Source: an uncultured Gemmatimonadaceae bacterium (GTDB taxonomy: Bacteria; Gemmatimonadota; Gemmatimonadetes; Gemmatimonadales; Gemmatimonadaceae). Taken from it: DNA of 64,000 nucleotides. The DNA lies in the NCBI GenBank assembly GCA_963761305.1, contig CAVXGK010000001.1, positions 1,440,001-1,504,000 of the forward strand. Direction: 5' to 3'. The position numbers were made by a program, and so were the translations under genes. Shown in pieces: positions 8,545-18,486 of the stretch (the stretch's first letter is position 1; the number at the start of each line of letters is the position of its first letter). A model generated the notes under the pieces. That model saw nothing but the letters and a program-made list of their open reading frames with translations, was not told where the DNA came from and made no database searches.

Positions 8545-10293
8545 CTAGAAAGGCGTACCGACGGCGCCGAGCATGACTCGCCGAACGAGAGGCAGCGGGA
8601 GCGGGCCGATCTTCAAGAAAGTGTCATGGAAGCCCGCCAAAGAGTACGCCGATCCCTGCTTCGCCTTGTAGTCGTCGCGAAGCTTGAGAATCATGAGCTT
8701 GCCCATCGTGTAGTAGCCGTAGAACGCATCCCCCGCCCCACGCTTCGCCTCGGCGACGGCCACCGGATGCGGCTGGTGCCCTTGCGTCTGGAACAACGTC
8801 GTCGCGCTGTCGATCGACAGGCCTTTCGTGTGCAGCTCGATCCCGACGATAAAGCGCACGTCGCGAAGGAGGGCGTCCTGGAGCTGGGCCAGCCTGTACT
8901 TGGGATCGTTGGCGTGAAATCCCTCGTCGAGCATCATCTTCTCGTCGTAGTGCGCCCAGCCTTCGACGTTCGTGTTGGCACCGAACACCTTGCGCACGCT
9001 GGTCGGGAAGTTCTTGGCGTACAAGAACTGGATATAGTGACCCGGATAGACCTCATGCACTGAAACGTTCGAGATGGCGGCGTAGTACCACGCCGCCATG
9101 TACGCGTCCTGTTCCTTCTTGGAGGTCCGCGGATCTGGCAGCGTCACGTTGTAGAAACCTTGCAGCTTCGCCGTCTCGAACGGCCCCGGCGTGTCCATCG
9201 ACGCCGTCGTCGTCGAGCGCATGAAGGGCGGTGTCTCCTTGACGTGCGCCGGGTCGGACGGCGGAATCGTCAGGATGTGGTGCGCGTCGATGAAGCCCCG
9301 TATCGAATCGAGCGTCCCCTGCGTCGCCTCGAGCAGCTTCGCCGCGGGCGGATGGTCGGCTTGCAGCGACGCGAGCACGGAGTCCGCGGGCTTGGTGGCG
9401 TCGAGCTGCGCCGCCGCGACCTTGAACGCGTTTTCGTTCCTGGCGCGGTCCGCCTCGGCGATCGCCAGCAACGAGTCGAGCGGCAGGTCGACCATCTCGC
9501 TCGCGCCGAGCATCTTGGCGTACGTGTCCGCGCCGAGCGCGAACGAGCCGTTCGACTTGGGGAGCAATTCGCGCTGCAGAAACGTCTTGTAGTCGCCGAG
9601 CGCCTTCATCACGCCAGCGTTGGACTGAGCGAACTCGCCGAGCAGCTTCTTGTCCGAAACGTCCTTGAACGCGGCGGGCAGGTCGTTCTTGAAGAACGAG
9701 ATATTGCCGTCAATCTGCTCGATGGCGATCTGCGTGAAGATCTTCGGCGGGTTGGTGAGATTCTTTCGCGCTTCCGCGAACGCGCCGGGCATCGCCTTTT
9801 CACGCTCGATCAGCGACGCCAATCGCTGATCGCCGGGAGCGTATGGCCGCTCCATGATGACGTAGGCGGCGTTCGTGATCCCGCTGCTGTAAGTGTCCGG
9901 ATTCTTCGCCCACGATTGGATCACGCGGTCGGCGAGAATGGTCGCGTCCATCTGGTGGATGAGCCATTCGCGATCGAGCTGCTGGTCGAGCGAGAGCGTG
10001 GCCGAGTCGGTCGCCACGAGTCGCGCGCGAAACGCGCTGTCCGCCTTCGCTTCGCCGTCGTATGACGCCGCGGTGAATCCGTCGAGTCGGCCGTCGAACG
10101 TGTGGATGCCGAGCTGCGTCGCGGCGGACGGATGCCGCTGGTAGTAGTCGGACAGAACTTCCGACGCGAGCGCGGTGAACGCGGAGTCTCCCTTCCCGGT
10201 GGCGGCGACGTTGGCCTCGGAGCCCCCGCTGCACGAGATCGCGGCGGCGGCGGAGACGAAGGCGAGTGCGAAAACCGGAAGCCGAAGGCGCAT
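8545..10293 (-). CDS. DUF885-family lipoprotein (putative metallopeptidase)
   Basis: Lipoprotein-like signal ending AISC; HEVYPGHYIQ and NVEGWAHYDE motifs; YTMGKLMILKLR. Alternative start 10308. Confidence 0.88.
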   Translation of the reverse strand: MRLRLPVFALAFVSAAAAISCSGGSEANVAATGKGDSAFTALASEVLSDYYQRHPSAATQLGIHTFDGRLDGFTAASYDGEAKADSAFRARLVATDSATLSLDQQLDREWLIHQMDATILADRVIQSWAKNPDTYSSGITNAAYVIMERPYAPGDQRLASLIEREKAMPGAFAEARKNLTNPPKIFTQIAIEQIDGNISFFKNDLPAAFKDVSDKKLLGEFAQSNAGVMKALGDYKTFLQRELLPKSNGSFALGADTYAKMLGASEMVDLPLDSLLAIAEADRARNENAFKVAAAQLDATKPADSVLASLQADHPPAAKLLEATQGTLDSIRGFIDAHHILTIPPSDPAHVKETPPFMRSTTTASMDTPGPFETAKLQGFYNVTLPDPRTSKKEQDAYMAAWYYAAISNVSVHEVYPGHYIQFLYAKNFPTSVRKVFGANTNVEGWAHYDEKMMLDEGFHANDPKYRLAQLQDALLRDVRFIVGIELHTKGLSIDSATTLFQTQGHQPHPVAVAEAKRGAGDAFYGYYTMGKLMILKLRDDYKAKQGSAYSLAGFHDTFLKIGPLPLPLVRRVMLGAVGTPF

Positions 10294-10394
10294 GATCGAT
10301 GTAGGCATGGATCGATCATATCTGCCGCCGCCGATGTCCGACAGTGCCGTTGCGGCGCGGGGCGAACGTCGCGGGTACGCCATAGATTGGCATC

Positions 10395-11375
10395 GTGGCG
10401 TCCAGGACTCGTGTCGTGAAGCGCGCGTTGGCCGGTGTGGTCCTCGCCGCGATTTCGATCCCGTCGAGATTGCGCGCTCAAACGCCGGCGCCGGACTCGT
10501 TGCGATTGGTCCTGATGACCGGCGCGACGTGCCACAGCCTCCCGGATCCCGGCTCACCAATCGCCCAGCGGTATCACCTCGGGGACGTCATCGGAGCGTC
10601 GAAGTCCACCAGGGGACTCGGCGGCCGCATTTGGTATTTCGATTCGTGGCGCGTGATGGGCATCTCGCCCATCTGCTGGCTGCCGGCGAACGTCACCGTT
10701 CCATTCAGCCGTGAGCATCCAGAGTCCGGGTTCGCCTCCGTGGCCTCGTACGTCATCGGCCGCGACACCGCGTCATTCGAAACGCTCGTCGACGCCGAGA
10801 ATTTTCTCGTGGACCCGAATCACTACGGGGGCCCCGGCGACTCGCCGCTCGGCACGTCGGGACTCTTGCAGTTCAGACGCCTCCAACTCATCGAACGGGC
10901 CGCGAGGCTGATCGACGCGCACGGGCTCGAGGATGCGCCGCTGAAACGTGCGTGGGTCATCGCCCATCGCGATGTTCTCTATTTCTACGAGCCGGACGCG
11001 ATGTGGTTCATGGCGAACGAGCGATACTGGGCGCTCTACGACGCCAACCAACGCGCGCCGTGGGCTGAAGAGTTGGCGTCGTATGCGTCTCAGCGAATTC
11101 CTCCGAGCGACGAGTGCGGCTCGGATTGTTTTCTGTCAAAGATCGCGGACGGCCCGCAGCAATACTGGACGAGGTTGCCGAACGGTCCATCCATCCGCAA
11201 GGCGCTCGCGCTCGCGCTGCAGCTGGCCGACAACGCGATCGAAGCAATCGACGAAGAGGCGCCGACCCACGCCGCGATCGACGGCGTTCGCTCCTCGCTC
11301 GCGCGCGTCGGCGGGCCGGAGAAACTCGCACTGCTCGATCGGCTCGCGAGGCTCGACCGCGCCGTGAAACCGTGA
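10395..11375 (+). CDS. Hypothetical secreted protein
   Basis: Signal-peptide-like N-terminus (KRALAGVVLAAIS...RAQ), short beta-rich SH3-like region, then helical. Fills the gap between flanking genes. Confidence 0.6.
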   Translation: MASRTRVVKRALAGVVLAAISIPSRLRAQTPAPDSLRLVLMTGATCHSLPDPGSPIAQRYHLGDVIGASKSTRGLGGRIWYFDSWRVMGISPICWLPANVTVPFSREHPESGFASVASYVIGRDTASFETLVDAENFLVDPNHYGGPGDSPLGTSGLLQFRRLQLIERAARLIDAHGLEDAPLKRAWVIAHRDVLYFYEPDAMWFMANERYWALYDANQRAPWAEELASYASQRIPPSDECGSDCFLSKIADGPQQYWTRLPNGPSIRKALALALQLADNAIEAIDEEAPTHAAIDGVRSSLARVGGPEKLALLDRLARLDRAVKP

Positions 11376-11376
11376 G

Positions 11377-12582
11377 TCAGCGTCCGTACTTCTTCATGGC
11401 GGCCATCAACCGGTCGACCGGTAACGCGTACACGCGCGTGTCGTCGATGCCGGTCATCGTCGCGGCCGCGAGGAGCGCATTGAGAATCGACTCTTCCGTC
11501 GCCTGAACGGTCGCCGTGAACAGCGGATTCATGCGCGCGTTCGGCACCATGTCCACGTGCGCCACGTCGGTCGCCGTCGCCGCGTTCGCGTTGGCGGTCG
11601 AGAACGCGACGAAGATGTCGCCCGAACTATTCTCGCCCTTGCCGCCCATCCGACCGACGCCGAGCGCGACGCGCGTCACGAGACGCTTGAGCTGATGTGG
11701 GAGCAGGGGCGCGTCCGTCGCCACGACGACGATGATCGAGCCGGCGCCGTCGTCGTCGTGGATCTCTTGGCCCGCGCCCGCCTTCGCGTCGCAGCGCGGA
11801 ATGGTCGGGCGGAGCGACGCGTCGCTCGAGGCAATGCAGCGCGTGAGATCCGTGATCTCTTCGCCGACCGGGACGCCCGCGACACGCAGCTCATGACGCA
11901 CCCCGTAGTTGCACTGCACGAGCACGCCGACGGTGTAGCCTCCGGCTGCCACGTCGAGCTTGCGCGACGCAGTGCCGATGCCGCCCTTGAATCCGTGGCA
12001 GACCATCCCGGTGCCGCCGCCGACCGCGCCCTCGAGCACGGGGCCTCCGGTTGCGCCGTCGAGTGCCGTGAAGACGTGCTCCGGCTTGACGTGAAATCCG
12101 TTGATGTCGTTCAGAGAACCGTCGAACGTTTCGGCGACGACCGGCAGCCCCCACGGTTGCAGGCCCGGCCGTTTGACCTGCCACTGCAAGATTGCGTCGC
12201 GCACGACGCCCACCGAATGCGTGTTGGTGATCGCGACTGGTCCCTCGAGGAACCCCGATTCCTGCAACCACGTCGTGCCGGTCATCTCGCCGTTTCCGTT
12301 CAGGGTGAACCACGCGCCCATCACCGGGTCGGCGTTCGCCTTTCCGCGCGGATGGATCACCGTCACACCGGTGCGAACGGGACCCTTGCCGACGACCAGG
12401 CGACCGTTCCCTTCGATGAGCGTCGTGTGCCCCACCTCGACGCCCGCGACGTCGGTGATCGCGTCGAGTGTGCCGGCGGTACCGCCGATCCTGCTGGACA
12501 ATCCGAGGTCGCGTGCGCGCGGCTTGGGCTGTGCCGACGCTGAAATGGCCAGCGACAGCAACAACACGGCGGTTGCTCTCAT
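11377..12582 (-). CDS. DmpA/P1-family (S58) aminopeptidase
   Basis: AITDVAGVEVGH, VRTGVT, NGNGEMTG, GGGTGM, FKGGIGTASR, G|SIIVVVATDAP cleavage site, SSGDIF. Confidence 0.92.
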   Translation of the reverse strand: MRATAVLLLSLAISASAQPKPRARDLGLSSRIGGTAGTLDAITDVAGVEVGHTTLIEGNGRLVVGKGPVRTGVTVIHPRGKANADPVMGAWFTLNGNGEMTGTTWLQESGFLEGPVAITNTHSVGVVRDAILQWQVKRPGLQPWGLPVVAETFDGSLNDINGFHVKPEHVFTALDGATGGPVLEGAVGGGTGMVCHGFKGGIGTASRKLDVAAGGYTVGVLVQCNYGVRHELRVAGVPVGEEITDLTRCIASSDASLRPTIPRCDAKAGAGQEIHDDDGAGSIIVVVATDAPLLPHQLKRLVTRVALGVGRMGGKGENSSGDIFVAFSTANANAATATDVAHVDMVPNARMNPLFTATVQATEESILNALLAAATMTGIDDTRVYALPVDRLMAAMKKYGR

Positions 12583-12735
12583 AAGAGGACGGCGGGTTTG
12601 GGTTCGGACGATCATACCGGCGTCCGCGTCCAACCGACAGACCGCGTTGACTGGCGCGGAGGAATGTGGCGCCAACTGCGACGACGCCTAGATTCGGACC
12701 ACCCGTTTCCCGACCACCAGACGAGAGAGTCTTTC

Positions 12736-14769
12736 ATGCGCCCACGCGCCACCGCCATCGCGATGATCGCGATCCTCGCGACCGCGACCACGTTCTCACT
12801 CTCCGCGCAGGCCACGGCGAAGCGCGCCGTCCGCGTCGGCGACATGTACCGGCTGCGCAACGTCGGCGCGCCCGAGATCTCGCCCGACGGTCAGTGGGTC
12901 GCCTACACCGTCACCACGCTCGACTCGGCGAAAGACAAATCGAATACCGATGTCTGGATGACGAGCTGGGACGGCGCGCAGAGCATTCAGCTCACGTCGT
13001 CGCCGGACGCCGAGACCACGCCGCGCTGGAGTCCTGACGGGAAATACCTGTCGTTCCTCTCGTCGCGCGAAGGCGGCAAAGGCTCGCAGCTCTGGCTGCT
13101 CGACCGTCGCGGCGGTGAAGCGCAGCGCGTCACTGAGCTGAAAGATGGCATCGACGACTACGCGTGGGCGCCGGACAGCAAGCGCATCGCGTTGATCATG
13201 CGCGCGTCGCTCGACACGACCGATTCGGCGAACGCGAAACCCAAGCCGATCGTCATCGACCGATATCACTTCAAGGACGACGACAACGGCTACCTCGATT
13301 CGACGCGTGCGCATCTCTACGTGTTCGACATCGCCGCCAAGAAAGCGACGCTGATCACCCCCGGCACGTTCGAGGAATCGCATCCGGCGTGGTCGCCGGA
13401 CGGACAGTCGATCGCGTTCGCGAGCACGCGGCCGCAAGGCGTCGACCCGGACCGCACGAACAACTCCGACATCTTCGTCGTCGACGCGCGAGCCGGCGCG
13501 ACGCCGCGGCGTCTCACCACCTTCGACGGCCCGGACGACGGGCCGCTCTCGTGGAGCGCCGACGGCAAGACCGTCGCGTATCTCCAGGGCAGCGAACCCA
13601 GGTTCTTCGCCTACGACGAGCAGCAGCTCGCGGTGGTGAACGTGAGCGGCGGTGCGCCACACCTTCTCACAGCCTCGCTCGACCGTCCGATCTCGTCGCC
13701 GCAGTTCAGCGCCGACGGAAAATCGATCGTCTTTCTCTACGCCGACGATCGCGCGCAGTACGTCGGCCGGATCGCGTCGACGGGCGGCACCGTGCAACCC
13801 CTGCTGACCGGACGCCGCGTCGCCAGCGGCCTCTCGCTCGGTAAGGACGGCAAGATCGCCGTGCTCGCCGGAACCGCGACGCAGCCCGGCGAGATCTTCG
13901 CGCTCGAGAACGGAACGCTGCGCCAGCTCTCGCACCACAACGACGCGTGGCTCGCCGGGGTGAAGCTGGCGACGGTCGAAGACATCGCGTTCAAGACGAA
14001 GGACGGGAACGACGCGCACGGGTTGCTCATCAAGCCTGCCGACTACACGGCAGGCACCAAATATCCGATGCTGCTGCGCATTCACGGCGGCCCGTCGGGA
14101 CAGGACCAGCATTCGTTCAGCTTCGAGCGCGAACTGCTCGCGGCGAGCGGCTATCTCGTGCTCAACGTGAACTACCGCGGCAGCAACGGGCGCGGTGAAG
14201 CGTACCAGCGGGCGATCTATGCCGACTGGGGCAACAAGGAAGTCGTCGATCTCCTCGCCGGCGTGGACTACGTCGTCGCGTCCGGAATCGCCGATCCCGA
14301 TCGGCTCGGCATCGGCGGCTGGAGTTACGGCGGCATCCTCACCGACTACACGACCGCGACGACGACGCGCTTCAAGGCGGCGATCTCCGGCGCGGGTAGC
14401 GCGCTCCAGTCATCGATGTACGGTGTCGATGAGTACGTCTATCAGTACGACACCGAGCTAGGCCCGCCGTGGAAGTCGCAGGACTTGTGGATCAAGCTGT
14501 CGTACCCGTTCTATCACGCCGATCGTATCACCACGCCCACGCTCTACATGGGCGGCGACAAGGACTTCAACGTGCCGGTGGTCGGCGGCGAGCAGATGTA
14601 CCAGGCGCTGCGCACGTTGAACGTGCCGACGCAGCTCATCATCTACCCGGACCAGCACCACGGTCTCACGCGGCCGAGCTTCAATTACGACCGGCTGTCG
14701 CGATACGTGGCCTGGTATGACAAGTTTCTGAAGTCGGCTCCCGTTCAGGCGGGAACGGTGCGCCCCTGA
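12736..14769 (+). CDS. S9-family peptidase (dipeptidyl aminopeptidase/acylaminoacyl peptidase)
   Basis: Signal peptide; PD40-like WSPDG repeats; IHGGP, GWSYGG nucleophile, D(FNVP) and H(GL) complete the triad. Confidence 0.93.
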   Translation: MRPRATAIAMIAILATATTFSLSAQATAKRAVRVGDMYRLRNVGAPEISPDGQWVAYTVTTLDSAKDKSNTDVWMTSWDGAQSIQLTSSPDAETTPRWSPDGKYLSFLSSREGGKGSQLWLLDRRGGEAQRVTELKDGIDDYAWAPDSKRIALIMRASLDTTDSANAKPKPIVIDRYHFKDDDNGYLDSTRAHLYVFDIAAKKATLITPGTFEESHPAWSPDGQSIAFASTRPQGVDPDRTNNSDIFVVDARAGATPRRLTTFDGPDDGPLSWSADGKTVAYLQGSEPRFFAYDEQQLAVVNVSGGAPHLLTASLDRPISSPQFSADGKSIVFLYADDRAQYVGRIASTGGTVQPLLTGRRVASGLSLGKDGKIAVLAGTATQPGEIFALENGTLRQLSHHNDAWLAGVKLATVEDIAFKTKDGNDAHGLLIKPADYTAGTKYPMLLRIHGGPSGQDQHSFSFERELLAASGYLVLNVNYRGSNGRGEAYQRAIYADWGNKEVVDLLAGVDYVVASGIADPDRLGIGGWSYGGILTDYTTATTTRFKAAISGAGSALQSSMYGVDEYVYQYDTELGPPWKSQDLWIKLSYPFYHADRITTPTLYMGGDKDFNVPVVGGEQMYQALRTLNVPTQLIIYPDQHHGLTRPSFNYDRLSRYVAWYDKFLKSAPVQAGTVRP

Positions 14770-14790
14770 CTGCGGTGCGACCGGCGCGCG

Positions 14791-15897
14791 TCAGCCGTGC
14801 GACGCGTGCCAGTCGGCGAGGGCCGTCTTCTCGATGTCGGACGTAATGGTGAACCGCGGCTTGAGCCGCCGCGCCTCGGGCACGGTGGGCCACCAGGCCA
14901 GCGTGTCGCGCACCGTCGTCTCGAGCGGACGAAACGTCAGCCCCGCCGTGATCGCTTTGCCGTTGGCGATGCTCATCATTCCGTCGTCGTTGCCCCGGAG
15001 CAGCGCCCACGGAATCGCTTCGTCGATCTTGTGCGCGGCGAGGAAGTCGTAGTCGTCGACGAACGTGAACTTCACGTCGGCATTGATCGCCGCCCGCGCC
15101 GCTTCGTAGAACGCGCGCGCCGTCATCGGGTGTTCGGGCCCGACGGCGTTGAACACGCCCGACCGTTTGTCTTCGACCAGACGCACCATGAATTCGGCGA
15201 GGTCTCGCACGTCGATGAACTGTGCCGGATCGTCGTGTCGCCCAGGCGCGAGCACCTCGCCGCCTTGCGACAACCGCACTGGCCAGTACGGAAAACGGTC
15301 GCTCGGATCGTTCGGCCCGACGATGTACGTCGGCCGCACGACGAGTCCGCGGTCGCCGAACGTGTCGAGCACGATCCGCTCCGCTTGCGCCTTCGCCACG
15401 CCGAATGCTTCCGAGCCGTCCTTCGGATCGTGCAGATCGTAGTGAACGGGTACGATTTCGTCGACGCCACGCGCATGATACGGGTAGTACACGCCGGTCG
15501 ACGACGTGAACAGGTAGCGTCCGACGGAATCCTTGAGCAGCGCCGCGGATTGCCGCACCCAGTCGGCGACGTTCGCCGAGTCGTCGATGCACACGTCCCA
15601 CTTCTTCCCTTCGAGCGCCTCGAGCTTGCCGTTGCGGTCACCCTCGAGGTGGATCACGGAATTCGGAAGATCCGCCTGGTGTCGGCCGCGCGTGAAGGTC
15701 GTGACGCGATGCCCGCGCGCGGCGGCATGGCGAACGAAGTACGGACCGATGAAGCCCGTACCGCCCAGCACGAGGATGTCGAGTTTGTCCGGCGCGCGTG
15801 CAGGCGCGGCGTCGCCGAGGGCAACGCTTCGGCGGAGCGTAGCAAGGGCTCCGCCGGCAAGCGCCGCCGAGAGCAGGAAGTCGCGTCTGGTCTGCAG
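14791..15897 (-). CDS. NAD-dependent epimerase/dehydratase family protein with TAT signal
   Basis: ILVLGGTGFIG Rossmann motif. The frame stays open upstream of the ORF-track start (15771) through TRRDFLLSAALAGG, with GGAGA ahead of ATT-CTG. Start codon uncertain. Confidence 0.8.
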   Translation of the reverse strand: MQTRRDFLLSAALAGGALATLRRSVALGDAAPARAPDKLDILVLGGTGFIGPYFVRHAAARGHRVTTFTRGRHQADLPNSVIHLEGDRNGKLEALEGKKWDVCIDDSANVADWVRQSAALLKDSVGRYLFTSSTGVYYPYHARGVDEIVPVHYDLHDPKDGSEAFGVAKAQAERIVLDTFGDRGLVVRPTYIVGPNDPSDRFPYWPVRLSQGGEVLAPGRHDDPAQFIDVRDLAEFMVRLVEDKRSGVFNAVGPEHPMTARAFYEAARAAINADVKFTFVDDYDFLAAHKIDEAIPWALLRGNDDGMMSIANGKAITAGLTFRPLETTVRDTLAWWPTVPEARRLKPRFTITSDIEKTALADWHASHG

Positions 15898-16111
15898 AAT
15901 GTCTCCGCAATGGAGTCGGTGGGAAGCTTGCAGCGGCTCCGGCGCGGCGAAAGCGGCTACACGAAAGACTTACAGACCGCTCACGATTTCCACAGCGCGA
16001 AATGAGCCGTTGCGATACGCGGCCTGCTATGACAAGTTCCTAAAGGTCGTTTGGCGTCTCGGGGCCGTGCCGGCGTGACGCGGCCGGACGCCGACTCGTC
16101 ATATTTGACGC

Positions 16112-18082
16112 ATGCCGGATCGGGATCGGTCGACCCAGTCGCAGCTCGAAGCTCGTCTCGTCCGGGTGGAGCGAGCGCTCGACGCCATCACGAGAGAGGT
16201 GACGGCCATTCGAGCCGACCTCGCTCCGACGAGCCCCGCGCCGTCCGCAGCGGAGTCCGCGTCCGAGCCGCAGACACGGCCCGGGCCGCCGCCGCGAACC
16301 GCGGCCCCGCCGCCTAGACCAACAGGACCGCGCGCGCCCACCGACGGGCTCGATCTCGAGCGCCTGCTAGGACGCTACGTAATGTTGGGCATCGCCGTGC
16401 TCGCCGCCGTCGCCGCCGTCGGGACCTTTCTGCGATGGGCGATCAGCAAGGGCTATCTCACGCTATTACCCGGCGCGCGAGTGATCATCGCGCTCGTCTT
16501 TGCCGTGGGGATTGGGGTGTGGGGCGCTCGGATTCGCCGACGCGAGCGTCCGTTCGGCTCGAGCATGATCGGGCTCGCCCTTGTGATCACGTTGGTCTGC
16601 GCGTACGCCGCCGGACCGGGCCTTCATCTCGTACCCTCCTCCGTCGCGTTCGCGGGCTCCATCGCTGTGTCGTGGGGACTGGCGCTGTTCGCGCATGCCG
16701 AGAAGGACGAACCGCTCTGGTGCGTCGCCTTCGGCGGCGCGGCGGTCGTGCCGTTCGTGACGAGCAGTGGCGACGGCAACTTCTACGCGCTCGCCGGCTA
16801 CGGCGCGTTTCTGCTCTTCGCGGCGTGCTTCGCCATCAGCCATCGCCCCTGGCCTGTGGCGTGGCGCGTCTTCTATCTGGCGACAGGACTCTACTCGGCG
16901 ACGGTGACCGTCATGTCGCGGGCCGAGGGAATGCGCGGCTTTCTCACGGCGTTCGCGTTTCCCTTCGTGCTCGCCGTGGCCGGCGTGCTCCCGTTCGCTC
17001 CGGTCACTCACAAGCGCGCCGCGCTGCGCTGGCTGGCCATTCTCGCGGTAGCCGCAGGTTTCGCCACGCCGCACGGGCAGCACACGGCGAACGAGTCCGC
17101 GCAGATCGCCGGGGTCGTGCTCGGCGCGGCGGCTCTTTGGCTCCTTCTCGTCGACCGCCTCAGCGCCACGAAGCAGTCGAGCATCCTGGTTTCCAATCAG
17201 GACAATACGACGGTGCTCGACTGGTTCGACGCGGCGCTCATTCCGCTCACGCTCTGCCTGCAGGCGGGCGGCGCCATCGAACCGTTCGCGTCCCAGGCCG
17301 TGATCGATGGTATCGCCGCGCTGCTGTTCGTGCTGTTCGTCGCACGCCGAGAATTGTGCACCGCCCGCGACGCCGCGGCGGCGGCCTGCGCGATCGTGGC
17401 GGTCGTCGCCATATCGCAACTGAAGTTGGAGGAGCCTACAGGTCGCATCCTCGCGCTGCTCGGCCTCGCCACGATCTTGCTGCTGCTGAGCAAGGCATGG
17501 CCGAGTGTGTCGTGGATCGTTTCGACCGCGATGGTGACGGTAACCGCCGCCGCGTTCAGTCTCCTGGCGCTCGTCGCCCGGCCGTCGTTCATCGATCCGC
17601 CGTTCACGACCGAGGCGTCGCGCACCGCGCTGTGGGTTCTGATCTTCCTCATCCTCACGGCGCGTTTCCGGGGATGGATTCCCGGCGTCGCGGCGTCCGC
17701 CGACGTGACAGCGGAGAACGATGCGAAGAGCGACGACACTCTCCTTCCCGATCTGCTTGGCGCGTCGCCATGGGCGTGGGCGTTTCTCTGGGTCTTGATC
17801 GAGTTGGCGAAGGCGTACGGCCGGAGCACATCGACGCTCCTCCTCGTCATCTACTTCGCCTCGACCGCCATCGCCGCCGTCGCGGTCGGGCACGTCCGGC
17901 GCTCGGCCCAACTACGCCACGTCGGCCTCGCGTTGGCGCTGCTCGCCGCGGCCACCGCCGTGCACGGCGCCGCGACGTATTTCGACGTCGGAGCGCGCGT
18001 GCTCGCGTATCTCGTCACGAGCGCGCTTCTCCTCGGCATCGCGTACTGGTACCGGCGCCGCGGCGTCGAGTCCGCGGCCTGA
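16112..18082 (+). CDS. DUF2339-like polytopic membrane protein
   Basis: N-terminal coiled coil and Pro-rich linker, DLERLLGR motif, many TM segments. Confidence 0.75.
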   Translation: MPDRDRSTQSQLEARLVRVERALDAITREVTAIRADLAPTSPAPSAAESASEPQTRPGPPPRTAAPPPRPTGPRAPTDGLDLERLLGRYVMLGIAVLAAVAAVGTFLRWAISKGYLTLLPGARVIIALVFAVGIGVWGARIRRRERPFGSSMIGLALVITLVCAYAAGPGLHLVPSSVAFAGSIAVSWGLALFAHAEKDEPLWCVAFGGAAVVPFVTSSGDGNFYALAGYGAFLLFAACFAISHRPWPVAWRVFYLATGLYSATVTVMSRAEGMRGFLTAFAFPFVLAVAGVLPFAPVTHKRAALRWLAILAVAAGFATPHGQHTANESAQIAGVVLGAAALWLLLVDRLSATKQSSILVSNQDNTTVLDWFDAALIPLTLCLQAGGAIEPFASQAVIDGIAALLFVLFVARRELCTARDAAAAACAIVAVVAISQLKLEEPTGRILALLGLATILLLLSKAWPSVSWIVSTAMVTVTAAAFSLLALVARPSFIDPPFTTEASRTALWVLIFLILTARFRGWIPGVAASADVTAENDAKSDDTLLPDLLGASPWAWAFLWVLIELAKAYGRSTSTLLLVIYFASTAIAAVAVGHVRRSAQLRHVGLALALLAAATAVHGAATYFDVGARVLAYLVTSALLLGIAYWYRRRGVESAA

Positions 18083-18101
18083 CGCACTGCTCCATCCTAC
18101 G

Positions 18102-18377
18102 TCAGATCGTGCGCTCTAAGGCCCTCAGCGTCGTGAGCAGCGGCCTCAACTCGCCATCCGCCAGCTCCGGGTGCCCAAGCTCGTCGCGTTCGACGCGGTG
18201 CAGAAAGCGCGCGATCTGCGTGTCCGACGCGCCGCGCGCGAGCAGACTGTAGACCTCGTGCGCGAATCGGTCGTACTCGTGCTGCGGCTCCACCGCGACG
18301 CCCAGCCCGAGAGGATTCCACTGATCGACCATTGCACGAGCAATGCTGCGCTCGACCTCTTCGCGTGGCGTCGGCAT
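18102..18377 (-). CDS. Small hypothetical protein (DUF1871-like)
   Basis: AAGGAG RBS; WNPLGL...EYDRFAHEVYSLL pattern. Confidence 0.6.
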   Translation of the reverse strand: MPTPREEVERSIARAMVDQWNPLGLGVAVEPQHEYDRFAHEVYSLLARGASDTQIARFLHRVERDELGHPELADGELRPLLTTLRALERTI

Positions 18378-18486
18378 GAGCGGCTCCTTGGGGGCGGGTT
18401 GTGCGCCTCAACATACGACCTGCCGGCGTCGACGGTGAGCTTGCAAGGGAACCGACCGACGCGAGCCCGCCTGTACGTCCGCCGGT

